A stretch of 64,000 nucleotides of DNA from positions 64,001 through 128,000 of IMG/VR virus record IMGVR_UViG_3300010965_000002, one strand, 5' to 3'. The position numbers and the translations under genes were made by a program. The notes beneath the pieces are model-generated. The model saw nothing but the letters and a program-made list of their open reading frames with translations, had not been told where the DNA came from and made no database searches. How positions within the stretch are numbered: position 1 is the stretch's first letter; the number at the start of each line of letters is the position of its first letter. The DNA comes from a virus. This document shows positions 7,893 to 17,437 of the stretch, one piece after another.

Positions 7893-10435
7893 AAAAAGAT
7901 ACGAAAGCGGCAGCTACTGAGGTTGTCGGTGGACAAAGTGCAGCGTTGGTAAAACAGCTAGCCTCGGCCGTGCGTGTGATGCGTGAGGAAATGCGTCAGA
8001 CAACTGGCCAGGCTAGCAACAATGCTGCTGCCTCGTTAGCTGCACTAAAACAGTTCAAAGACCTACAACGACTGGACGCTAAGGCTCAGCTTACACCTGA
8101 TCAAGCCGAACGTCTGTTGAAAGCGGTCAATGAGAGCCGTAAGGAGATTACAAAGCTGCAAGCTAGTAACTCCAATCTCGGTAATCGTGCAAAGGGCACC
8201 GACGGTCTTAGCATCACAGAACGCCTGCGTAAGGAAGCCGATCAATTGGCTACCCAAGACAGCGTGGTGAAGTTGCTGCAACAGATCAACGAAGCCCGTG
8301 AGCAAGCGAACAAAGAGAAGGCTGATGAACATCGTAATCTCAAGACTACGTTGCGTCAAGGTCTTAGCGCATTCTTAGGGCCAGCAGGTCCTCTGATTGA
8401 AACGTTTGCCAGTCTCAAAGACGAATACGGTGAAGACGCTGCAAAGATCGGCAAGAAGATCAGCAAGTGGATGGGTCTTGAGAAAGACCTGCTCAAGGAA
8501 TACGAAAAAGAAGCTGGACGCAATGAGCGCCGTGACAAGAAATTGTTTGGGATGCTCAGTGACAAGTTTCGCAAGTTCAGCGGTCTGCTGGGCGGCAACA
8601 GTATCCTTGACAAGATCGGTGACTTCTTTGGCTTTGGCAGCAAAACTGGCAAAGGTAAAGGCGGTGTACTGACAAAGACTAAACGTGTTGCGCGTAACGT
8701 TGGCAACAAAGCCAAGGGCTTGTTTGGTCGTGCTGGTGGCGCACTTGGTAAGATAGGTAGTCGCGTGATGGGCGGCTTTGGCAAAGTTGCTGGCGCTGCT
8801 GGTAAAGTAGGTGGCGGAATTCTTCGTTTCGGCGGGAGACTACTTGGCCCGATCGGTGCTGCACTTGGAGTAGCTAGTATCCTTGGAGACAAAGACGCTG
8901 GCGCAAAAGGTGAAGATGGCGTAGACACTAGCCTGAGCTACGGGGGCGGTGCATTAACAGGTGCGTCTACCGGAGCAATGATCGGTAGTGTATTCCCAGT
9001 TGTAGGCACCGTGATTGGTGGAGCTATTGGTGCGGTTGTTGGCCTGTTGTTCACGGGCGTTGTTCGTAACTGGACTGCGTTCAAAGACAAGGTTAAGCAA
9101 ACGTGGACAGGTATCACAGACACCTTTGACGCAACATGGAAGAGGGTTAAAGCCTTCGGTTCAAACTTCGTGGACTTCGGCGTGAGTACGTATGACAAAG
9201 TTAAAGCAGGTCTCAATAAGATGATCGCTTGGATAAAGTCACACTTGCCTGGCTTCGACAAAGTGAAAGAAGTGGTAGCCAAAGGTACCGACGCTGTGAT
9301 TACAGCGGGCAAGAATGGCGCTAAGTGGGCTGGTGATGCTGCCAAGACAAGTCGCAACTATGTGAGCGAGGCTGCGGTTGCGACGGTAGAGACAGCTAAG
9401 AAGGTTAGCACTGACGCACGGGTCGCAGTTGCGGGTGCCACTCAAACGGGTGCCAACAAAGTTTCAGAAGTGTTGGACCCGGTAGCAAAGACGTTGGCAG
9501 ACTCTAAGAGCCCTGTCAACGCCGCTATGGGCAGTGCTGCGGCTACGCTTAGTAAGAGTGCTCAAGGTGTTGCAGCATTCGCTGGTAAGATGGCGATGCC
9601 TGACAAAGACATCAAGAGCGCCATCCTTGGCGCGGCTGATAAAGTTGGCGTTGACAAAGGCTACATGATGGCGATGACTGCTCAGGAAAGCAGTTTCAAC
9701 CCAAATGCAAAAGCCAAGACTTCCAGTGCTAAAGGCCTGAACCAGTTTATCGACGGTACTTGGAAAAGTATGGTTGACAAATATGGTACGCAGTATGGCA
9801 TTGGGATGAACGATCAGTTTGACCCCAAGAAGAACGCGATGATGGGTGCATTGTTTGCACGCGACAACGCGAAAACTTTGCAAGGTCAAGGCCATGATGT
9901 ATCGAGTGCTTCACTTTATGCCGCACACATGTTGGGCAGTGGCGGTGCAAACCAGTTGCTTAGTGCTATCAAAAAGAACCCAGGTAGTAGTGCTGTTGAT
10001 CTGATGCCCAAAGCTGCGGCTGCAAACCGAGGTGTGTTCTACAATAGGGATGGCACTCCGCGTACAGTCAAAGAGGTGTATGCGTACTACCAAGACAAGA
10101 TAGAGAGTAGAGCGCAAGCCTACAATAACGCTCTGTCTAAGGAGACTGGTTCCAGCACTCAGATGGCTGGTGCAATTGCACCTTCGGCAGAAAAGACACC
10201 TGCAGCCGCTGTGAGTCAGAGTGTTGCACCCGCGACCGATGCGTTTGAACGAGCCGAAAGTGTGACTCCTGATGCACACATAACTATGGCACCTGATGCT
10301 GATACAAAATCTGGCACCAACCGCGCTTATGGCAACGGAGGTGTTGAAACACGACAAACTGCGGCGACTGACGTACCTTTTGTGCTTGGCGACAATCACA
10401 TGGTCGTTATCAATGCGGGCATGATGGGAGCTTAA
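7889..10435 (+). CDS. tape-measure-like tail protein with lytic transglycosylase (SLT) domain
   Basis: QESSFNPNAKAKTSSAKGLNQF..YAAHMLG SLT motifs; Gly-rich hydrophobic segment typical of tape measures. Confidence 0.85.
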   Translation: MKKDTKAAATEVVGGQSAALVKQLASAVRVMREEMRQTTGQASNNAAASLAALKQFKDLQRLDAKAQLTPDQAERLLKAVNESRKEITKLQASNSNLGNRAKGTDGLSITERLRKEADQLATQDSVVKLLQQINEAREQANKEKADEHRNLKTTLRQGLSAFLGPAGPLIETFASLKDEYGEDAAKIGKKISKWMGLEKDLLKEYEKEAGRNERRDKKLFGMLSDKFRKFSGLLGGNSILDKIGDFFGFGSKTGKGKGGVLTKTKRVARNVGNKAKGLFGRAGGALGKIGSRVMGGFGKVAGAAGKVGGGILRFGGRLLGPIGAALGVASILGDKDAGAKGEDGVDTSLSYGGGALTGASTGAMIGSVFPVVGTVIGGAIGAVVGLLFTGVVRNWTAFKDKVKQTWTGITDTFDATWKRVKAFGSNFVDFGVSTYDKVKAGLNKMIAWIKSHLPGFDKVKEVVAKGTDAVITAGKNGAKWAGDAAKTSRNYVSEAAVATVETAKKVSTDARVAVAGATQTGANKVSEVLDPVAKTLADSKSPVNAAMGSAAATLSKSAQGVAAFAGKMAMPDKDIKSAILGAADKVGVDKGYMMAMTAQESSFNPNAKAKTSSAKGLNQFIDGTWKSMVDKYGTQYGIGMNDQFDPKKNAMMGALFARDNAKTLQGQGHDVSSASLYAAHMLGSGGANQLLSAIKKNPGSSAVDLMPKAAAANRGVFYNRDGTPRTVKEVYAYYQDKIESRAQAYNNALSKETGSSTQMAGAIAPSAEKTPAAAVSQSVAPATDAFERAESVTPDAHITMAPDADTKSGTNRAYGNGGVETRQTAATDVPFVLGDNHMVVINAGMMGA

Positions 10436-10436
10436 C

Positions 10437-11129
10437 ATGGCAACTGGTTACGAATCTTTCCGACGTTCGGAAATTCAGGCGCAGAACGACAGTGACGTAC
10501 CTCAGTATGGTTCGCCTAGCAATAGCAACTATGTAGTACGTATTAAACAAGCAGGTGGCGGTCAAGTCAAATGTTATGTGCCTGAGACTTTTCAAATGGC
10601 CGTTACCTCGCAGTTTAATCAACCATTTGGACAAGGTGCAGCAAACACGGCCTTTGGTAAAGCTACTCAAGTTTTGGCAGGCGTAGCAGTAACGTCACAG
10701 TCAATGACTGCGCAAGTTTGGGAAGGTACGCAACCAATAGAACTAACGCTTGAAGCGGAGTTTATTGCAGAAAGTAATCCTCAAACTGAAGTGCTTGAAC
10801 CAATTAAAGAGTTATTGAAAATGGTTATGCCATCAACAGGACCAGGTGGATTTATGTTGAAACCCCCTGGTCCTGTTTACTCAGGTGTTGTAGACTGGAC
10901 TGCCCCTTTTACGGTTAAAAAGGGTGAAGGAGGCACGGCCAAACAGATTACTGTACAAATCGGTAACTTCCTATTATTTGACAATGTTGTTATTGAAAGT
11001 GTAAACTGCACCTTTCACAGCATGATGCACAGCAGCGGCATCCCCCTACGGGCTACTGTTGCCATTACGTTCAAAACGTTCTTTGTGCAACTCAGTGATG
11101 ATATTCCTAGTTTGTTTATGGGTAAATAA
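10437..11129 (+). CDS. baseplate tail-tube initiator (gp48/gp54-like)
   Basis: Position after tape measure; FDNVVIESVNCTF..PLRATVAITFK tube-fold pattern. Confidence 0.65.
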   Translation: MATGYESFRRSEIQAQNDSDVPQYGSPSNSNYVVRIKQAGGGQVKCYVPETFQMAVTSQFNQPFGQGAANTAFGKATQVLAGVAVTSQSMTAQVWEGTQPIELTLEAEFIAESNPQTEVLEPIKELLKMVMPSTGPGGFMLKPPGPVYSGVVDWTAPFTVKKGEGGTAKQITVQIGNFLLFDNVVIESVNCTFHSMMHSSGIPLRATVAITFKTFFVQLSDDIPSLFMGK

Positions 11130-11131
11130 AA

Positions 11132-11506
11132 ATGAATAAACAATATCTACAAGCTACGCATATACCATTAGTCACCTATCAGACACAGGGTGCTGCACAA
11201 AGCGAAGTGTTGCCTGACTGGCTGAGTGCTCGTTATGTAGACTTGCATGAAAAGGTTTTGCAGTTTTTCTTTCACACCGTGACGGAAACTGATCTGGGGC
11301 AACCTGATCACATTGCCTATCACTATTACAACGACAGCAACTGGTGGTGGTTGCTATGTTCCTACAATGGCATCGTCAACCCAATGACAGACATGTACTT
11401 AGGTCAACGCCTTCGCATACCAGCATTGCATCAGGCTCAATTGTCATTACAGAGCCCACCAGACAGCAATCGTGAAGACCGTCGAGGTCAGACAACCACA
11501 ATTTAG
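11132..11506 (+). CDS. baseplate wedge protein (gp53/LysM-like)
   Basis: QPDHIAYHYYNDSNWWWLLCSYNGIVNP..GQRLRIP. Confidence 0.85.
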   Translation: MNKQYLQATHIPLVTYQTQGAAQSEVLPDWLSARYVDLHEKVLQFFFHTVTETDLGQPDHIAYHYYNDSNWWWLLCSYNGIVNPMTDMYLGQRLRIPALHQAQLSLQSPPDSNREDRRGQTTTI

Positions 11507-11515
11507 GAGATCAAG

Positions 11516-12655
11516 GTGCTTGAAATCAAAACCGGATTATTTCTAGGTATCACTATTGATGGCCAAGATTACCCAATGGAAAAGAATGGTTTTCAAAAGT
11601 TGGTGCTGGTGTCGAACAAGCGTATGAGTACAGCTACCTGCGAGTTAACTTTTGCCGATATATCTGACAAAATCAATACTGAGGTCACCTTAGCCGATGG
11701 TGTGCCTTTAGTTATCAAGTTAGGTCGTAGCATTGATGACTACGACGTTTACACCTATAGAGTTTACAGCTACAAACGTATACCTGCAAGCACAACAGTG
11801 CAATACACGGTGCTAGGCTATTTCGACGCGCCTAAATGGTTCTTGGAAGCGTGGAAGAAGCCTATTGAAGGTTGCAGTCGTGTAGCCATATCAAAACTTG
11901 CCGCAGATTGCGGCCTCAAAGCAGATTGCGACGTTACCAACGATGACATGATCTGGATGCCCGGTAACGAGCGCACCTGTATGTTTGCCCGTAGCATTGC
12001 AGAGCGTGGTTATCTGGATGACAAAAGCTGCATGGCGATTGGGATGACGCTTGACGGTACATTCAAGTACAAGAACCTCACGTTGTTGCCGACGACTGGA
12101 AAATTATTTACTCACGGTAATGTTCCAGGCACTGCCAACGTCATTGACGTTAAACACCTGACTAGCAGCGGCTATGGTAACTCAATTGGAGGTTATCAGC
12201 ATTTGGTACGTCCTCAACTCATTCGTGAGTTCAAGGACAAGATCGACCAACTGGATGTCAAGCGTAAGACCCAGACGCTGCAACTGAATCGTGAAGTCAA
12301 AGGCATGATTGCCAAAGGCCGTATCGACTATGGTGACATTGATGGCGGCAACGTGCATTGCAACTGGGACAAAGCACGCTATCAAAACTTGCGCACGGCC
12401 ATGATCTACAGCATGGGCGTTGAAATCTTAATGGAGGTGCGCTCACCTATTGAGTTTGACTTATTTTCACCTTTCTTATATGAACCCTACGATCCTCCGG
12501 CGCAAGGTGAAGTGCGCTTGGCAGAGCAATACCGAAGTTTATATTATGTGACTGCGAAAGCAATCTACATTGAGCAGGGTACTTATTACGAGAAGATTCA
12601 AGGATATACGACTGGTATCAACAAAGACCCAGACGGCAAAGGCAGTCAAGAATAG
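11516..12655 (+). CDS. baseplate hub protein (gp27/P2 gpD-like)
   Basis: GTG start with AGGAG RBS; size and position between gp53-like and gp5-like genes. Confidence 0.7.
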   Translation: MLEIKTGLFLGITIDGQDYPMEKNGFQKLVLVSNKRMSTATCELTFADISDKINTEVTLADGVPLVIKLGRSIDDYDVYTYRVYSYKRIPASTTVQYTVLGYFDAPKWFLEAWKKPIEGCSRVAISKLAADCGLKADCDVTNDDMIWMPGNERTCMFARSIAERGYLDDKSCMAIGMTLDGTFKYKNLTLLPTTGKLFTHGNVPGTANVIDVKHLTSSGYGNSIGGYQHLVRPQLIREFKDKIDQLDVKRKTQTLQLNREVKGMIAKGRIDYGDIDGGNVHCNWDKARYQNLRTAMIYSMGVEILMEVRSPIEFDLFSPFLYEPYDPPAQGEVRLAEQYRSLYYVTAKAIYIEQGTYYEKIQGYTTGINKDPDGKGSQE

Positions 12656-13131
12656 CGTGGACTTCGGCGCGTGTTTTTGGCTTGTTCCGAGCGTGTAGCC
12701 CAAGTGCAATTAGACTTTGAGTAACCTTTATCGTTGTTTCGGCGTTCAAGAGTTAGGCCTTCTGGACGTTCTCCCATGTCGGCCAAGAAATTCGTAAAAT
12801 CATGCCACCGTTTACACACAAGTATGCCACGCCCGCCCCAGTCTGAGTAACGGTGATAGTTTTCGTTGTAGCATCGGGTCATCATGTTTTTCCAGGCTCT
12901 ATATTCAGGTGTGATTTTGCCTCTGCGTGAGTGTCCGTGTATGGATGCTGTACCTTTACCGCATCCACATGCAGTCTGTCGGCCCGAGGTTAAGTTGCCG
13001 CCAAAAATATGTGCAGTCTTGCCGCAGTCACACTTACACATCCAGTAAACGCCGTTGGTTTTTACCTTGCTCAAACTTTTCACAAGTAGCTTACCAAAAC
13101 GTTGACCCACTCTGTTTATACGAGGAATCAT
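12646..13131 (-). mobile_element. HNH-family homing endonuclease gene inserted antisense in the baseplate operon
   Basis: GQRFGKL..WMCKCDCG..EYRAWKNMMTRC..GGRGILVC..TLERRNNDKGYSKSNCTWAT..EQAKN; GGAG RBS before ATG 13131; overlaps hub stop by 10 nt. Confidence 0.88.
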
Positions 13132-13148
13132 AATTTCTCCAAACAAGA

Positions 13149-13159
13149 TATTTACAGTT
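13149..13159 (-). promoter_or_regulatory. candidate late promoter AACTGTAAATA upstream of the HNH gene
   Basis: Identical 11-mer at 38807-38817 (+); resembles the T4 late -10 element TATAAATA. Confidence 0.35.
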
Positions 13160-13188
13160 AAAACTCCAAGAGTACAAAAAGGATTGAT

Positions 13189-14223
13189 ATGTCAGGAATG
13201 TTAGACGTAACGCACCAATCAGACCGCCCACAAGATTACAAAGACCAGGTGTTCGTTGGTCGTGTGGTTGTCAATGACGACATCAAAAAGTTCCACCGCA
13301 TCAAGGTAGAGATACCTGACATGTGGGAACAGTTCAAGCAGTGTGAATTGCCGTGGTGTACACCTGGATTCATACCTGGTGGCTGCGGCCCAACTGAATA
13401 CTCACAGAACATTCCTGAGACTGGAAGTTTTGTGTACGTTACTTTCCAGAACGGTGACAACCACTTCCCAATTTACTGGGGTGGTGTTCGTGACTACCAG
13501 ACAATGAAAGGAGTGTTGGACGAAAACTACCCTCACCGCATTGGCTGGCAAGTCAATTCCTACAAAGAAGTTCACAGCGGTGACGAACGCAAGCGTAAGC
13601 ACGATAGTAAAGAACCACCGGAACCTTATAACCGAGTAGGCCACCACTTCTTCCTTGATCGAAAGACCAACGAACTGGAGTATGAACACGCAACCAAGAC
13701 TCGTGTAAACATTGACCCTAACGGTCGCATGTTTGTTGAAGTACGTGCGCGTGATCTACCTGAAGGCGGCGACTTCATCATGCACACTGACCGCCACTAC
13801 ATACTGGAAGTAAGCAATGCACTGTTTCCAGGACCACCAGGTCACTACTATTGTAATGTGCTTGAGGACTGGTGGGAGACACACGTAGAGACACACGTCC
13901 TGCTTGAAAGTCGTACAGACCGTATGGACTTGCGTGCGCCAAAGGTTATCCGCATTGAGTCTACGGGCGACGACATTGAAATCATTGCGGCCAAGAATGT
14001 GAGCGTGCGTGCAGGTGGTAACGTTACAGTGCACGCAGGTGGTAGCATTACCGCCAGTGCAGGCACATCAATCACGGCTAATGCCGGTACGTCTATTGAC
14101 GCAAATGCACCTGTCATAAATTTGAATGCGCCTGTCGTCAACATTTCTGGTAACTTAAATGTTGCAGGCAATATTGTGGCAGGTGGCACTATTGTGGACA
14201 GTGATGGTGATGGAGGCGCATAA
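13189..14223 (+). CDS. central baseplate spike (gp5/gpV-like, OB-fold plus beta-helix)
   Basis: GRVVVNDD..RIKVEIP..LPWC..PETGSFVYVTFQNGD..PIYWG; C-terminal V/I-x-A-G repeats; no lysozyme domain. Confidence 0.88.
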   Translation: MSGMLDVTHQSDRPQDYKDQVFVGRVVVNDDIKKFHRIKVEIPDMWEQFKQCELPWCTPGFIPGGCGPTEYSQNIPETGSFVYVTFQNGDNHFPIYWGGVRDYQTMKGVLDENYPHRIGWQVNSYKEVHSGDERKRKHDSKEPPEPYNRVGHHFFLDRKTNELEYEHATKTRVNIDPNGRMFVEVRARDLPEGGDFIMHTDRHYILEVSNALFPGPPGHYYCNVLEDWWETHVETHVLLESRTDRMDLRAPKVIRIESTGDDIEIIAAKNVSVRAGGNVTVHAGGSITASAGTSITANAGTSIDANAPVINLNAPVVNISGNLNVAGNIVAGGTIVDSDGDGGA

Positions 14224-14618
14224 TGGCAGCTATTAACTACGAAGAAATTGTGTGGGTCGATGTCAACTCTAATTTTGGAGAAGACGTAGACCCTGAGCTT
14301 GTTATCGACATTGCTGCTATAAACAACTCGTTGTTCAACCTGTTCAACTGTCCAGTGGGCAGTAGACCATTTGAGCGCGAGTATGGCAGTGATCTAATCA
14401 AGGCCGTGTTTGAGCCTACCGATAGCAAGACTGCTGACTTCATTGACCTGAGTTTGTTTCAGGCAATCCAGCGTTGGGAGCCGCGCATCAAGCTCGACCG
14501 TTCACAGAGTTACGTTACCGCAACACCTGAGGGTGACGGTTTTAACGTCAACATATCGTACACAGTGTTGAGGACGCAGTTGACTGCCAACTATGCGTTC
14601 ACCATCAGGAGAATTTAA
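14223..14618 (+). CDS. baseplate wedge protein (gp25-like)
   Basis: SLFNLFNCPVGSRPFEREYGSDL..AIQRWEPRI. Confidence 0.92.
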   Translation: MAAINYEEIVWVDVNSNFGEDVDPELVIDIAAINNSLFNLFNCPVGSRPFEREYGSDLIKAVFEPTDSKTADFIDLSLFQAIQRWEPRIKLDRSQSYVTATPEGDGFNVNISYTVLRTQLTANYAFTIRRI

Positions 14619-16330
14619 TGCAACTTAGCCTTGTACAGCCCGATTTTGAAAGTATCCGCACGCAACTGGAAGCCACCCTCGGCAACTACAGTGCTTGGCG
14701 CGATCTATTGCCTACTGGCACGGGCCGAACTCTTACAGATTGGATTTCGGCTGTAGGGGCTAACGACCAGTACGCGATTGAACATGCCTTTCGTGAAAGT
14801 TTCCGTACAGCCCGATTGGACAGCAGCATCTTGGCGCAAGCCATTTTGCTGGGTGTTCGTTTAGCACGTAAGCGTCCGTGCAACGCCAAGGTGCGGCTCT
14901 CAAAGCTGACCTCTGGTACGCTGACCATCCCAGCATTCACACCTTTCACAGCAAACAACAGTGTGCTGTTTAACCGTACAGCCATTACCCTGGTTGAACA
15001 GACGGTTGTTGAAGTGTACCTGTATGAAGGCACTGTTTTCAGTAAGACTCTCAATGGTGACGGTACTGCCTACCAAATGTTTGTTACTGAGGACGATAAA
15101 TTTGTTGTGTCTGACGTTGATGTGTCAGTCCAACTGAATGGCGTTACTCTGGGTCGTACAACCCGCGGCCTGTGGCGCTACGAAAACACCGAAGGCTACC
15201 AAGACACCACAACGCCTACGGGTCAAATGCTGATTACGTTTGGCGGTGAAGGCTATGGTAGTACGCCTGAATCCAGTGACACCATTACGATTAACTACGT
15301 TACGACACGAGGCACCCTCGGTCAAAATGCTGCGTTAGTCGGTGAGAACATTGTCTGCACTACGTACCGTGAAGTTACTGGTGTAGCTCAAACAGGCTTG
15401 AGCGGTGGCGGTGACGAAAAGCAAACAGTGTTCTACAGAAAGCTGGGGCCTCAGCTATTTGCATCACGTGAAGGTGCTACAACCGAGGAAGAGTACAGCG
15501 CGGTTGCGGCATCGTATCCAGGCGTGATCGACGCCAAAGTTCTGGGTCAACGAAACATTGCACCTGCTGATGTACGCTGGATGAACATGGTTCAAGTGTC
15601 CTTGTTGACACCAACACCGTGGAGCGGCCCTCAATGGGATGCTTTTGACGAATGGTTCCGTGCGCGTAGCATGTATCCTGTGCGCTTGTATCGCAAAGAC
15701 CCAGCGCCTGTGACCATCAACGTTGCAGCAAAGGTTTTCTGTCAAGGACGTGCTGATCTGGCGGCTGTGAAGGCTACGATTGAGGCTCAAATTCGCAAAC
15801 TGTTTGAACCTCGTCCAGGTCTGATCGACAACAACATCTACCTGAGCGACATCCATGCAGCCATCAAAGGCAGCGAAAGCGCCGTGGAATACGCTGACTT
15901 GGATTTCCCGACAACTGACGTAATTGTTGCGGTGCGCTCACCTGCACCTATTGCATTATCAAGCGTTGTGGGTACCTTGGCAGCAGGTCAATACAGCTTT
16001 GCGGTTACAGCAGTAACGCCATTAGGCGAGACATTGGCAACTAATTTTACCAGCATAGTGGTTACGGCTGGTAAGGGCGTAAAAATTGACTGGCCTGCTG
16101 TAGACCAAGCAACCTCGTATAACATTTACGGTCGTACACCATTGAATCTTGGCTTGATAGGCTCTGTGCCTGCAGGCACTTTGACGTTTACGGACGATGG
16201 AAGCGCGGTACCTGTTACTGGTCTGCCTCTGGTTAACGGAGCAGGCCATCGTTATCCAAAGCTGGGTATCTTGACAGTGACAACGCAGTACACGAACCGT
16301 AACTTCTACAACTTGGGGAGCCTGCGGTGA
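14618..16330 (+). CDS. baseplate wedge protein (gp6/baseplate J-like) with C-terminal FN3-like module
   Basis: PDFESIRTQL..SSILAQAILLG..ITFGGEGYG..GGGDE..ATTEEEY. Confidence 0.88.
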   Translation: MQLSLVQPDFESIRTQLEATLGNYSAWRDLLPTGTGRTLTDWISAVGANDQYAIEHAFRESFRTARLDSSILAQAILLGVRLARKRPCNAKVRLSKLTSGTLTIPAFTPFTANNSVLFNRTAITLVEQTVVEVYLYEGTVFSKTLNGDGTAYQMFVTEDDKFVVSDVDVSVQLNGVTLGRTTRGLWRYENTEGYQDTTTPTGQMLITFGGEGYGSTPESSDTITINYVTTRGTLGQNAALVGENIVCTTYREVTGVAQTGLSGGGDEKQTVFYRKLGPQLFASREGATTEEEYSAVAASYPGVIDAKVLGQRNIAPADVRWMNMVQVSLLTPTPWSGPQWDAFDEWFRARSMYPVRLYRKDPAPVTINVAAKVFCQGRADLAAVKATIEAQIRKLFEPRPGLIDNNIYLSDIHAAIKGSESAVEYADLDFPTTDVIVAVRSPAPIALSSVVGTLAAGQYSFAVTAVTPLGETLATNFTSIVVTAGKGVKIDWPAVDQATSYNIYGRTPLNLGLIGSVPAGTLTFTDDGSAVPVTGLPLVNGAGHRYPKLGILTVTTQYTNRNFYNLGSLR

Positions 16331-17001
16331 GAGATAGACTACTAGCTAGTCATCTTGAGCAGTTTCCTGTCTGGGCGAATCTAGCTGAATCGCTCAACAC
16401 AGTATGGGCTCAACTTGGCATTGACGATGCGATTGAGCAACTGAAATGGTTGCGCAGTCCCATAAACACAAAGGACGTCGTTATCAAAGACGGTGGCTCT
16501 CTGATACCGCTGGCTAACATGCCTCAGCAAGATCGTACCTCACTGGTGCTTACGGCTGACATGCTAGGCTTTCGGTATTACGAAACCAGCTTGCTGGATA
16601 CCGGCGATTACCTCAAGCTGTGCCGACATCTGGCGGAATACTACAGCAATGACAAAGGTACTCCTGCGTGGACTGACTTTTTGGGCTGGTGTTTGGACGC
16701 ACACTTCGCGGTGTACCAAACGTGGACTCAAGATTACACCACCTTTCTTCTAGAAGGTGACCCTGCCATTGGATTGTCGATTGACAAAGGTGGTACATGG
16801 TATGCAACAACACACGTTGTTCTGGAATACGATCAAACACGGTTTGCAGGCGTCGAGCCTAACCAGTTGGTCGAGTTCTTTAACTATTTTGCTAACGTGA
16901 ACCTTGTGCTGTGGATGACACAGTTAGGCGGTACAGAAACCATTTCAATGGAAGCCGCTATGCTTGGTTCTTTAGAATGCACCTATCCGGGAGCATTCTA
17001 G
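16327..17001 (+). CDS. baseplate wedge protein (gp7/P2 gpI-like)
   Basis: Follows gp6-like gene with GTGA overlap; YYSNDKGTP..FLGW pattern. Confidence 0.65.
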   Translation: MRDRLLASHLEQFPVWANLAESLNTVWAQLGIDDAIEQLKWLRSPINTKDVVIKDGGSLIPLANMPQQDRTSLVLTADMLGFRYYETSLLDTGDYLKLCRHLAEYYSNDKGTPAWTDFLGWCLDAHFAVYQTWTQDYTTFLLEGDPAIGLSIDKGGTWYATTHVVLEYDQTRFAGVEPNQLVEFFNYFANVNLVLWMTQLGGTETISMEAAMLGSLECTYPGAF

Positions 17002-17018
17002 CGTACTAGAGGCCTTCT

Positions 17019-17399
17019 ATGATAAGTAGCTTTTGTCGTGGCGATGTCCACTACGCAGAAAGAGAAGGGCTAGGTTCGTTATCAGCGGATACCTCGTGTA
17101 GAAACTGTGGTTGCGCCTTACCTAAAAGTTTGGTGATAACAAGCGTACCTCGTTTGCCAGTACCTACGATTACAGGAATTTACGCGACAGTTCCGATTAT
17201 AACCTGTGCTATCCTTATGGAAGACGGCACAGACATACTATTGGAAACTGGTGACAGCTTCATTCACCTTGAGCAATGCGGCGTACCGACTCCTCCACCC
17301 GAGAATATCATTCTCATGGAAGACGGAACACCAATACTGCAAGAGGCTGATGGTAGCTTCATATTCGTAGAGACAGGTGCTCCTCCACTTACTGAGTAA
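17019..17399 (+). CDS. hypothetical virion protein with CRNCGC and two ILMEDG acidic repeats
   Basis: Two copies of ILMEDGTxILxExxxSFIxxE; lies in tail operon. Confidence 0.6.
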   Translation: MISSFCRGDVHYAEREGLGSLSADTSCRNCGCALPKSLVITSVPRLPVPTITGIYATVPIITCAILMEDGTDILLETGDSFIHLEQCGVPTPPPENIILMEDGTPILQEADGSFIFVETGAPPLTE

Positions 17400-17437
17400 A
17401 AACTGGTTTGATCGAAATTTAATTTAAGGACTGAAAA

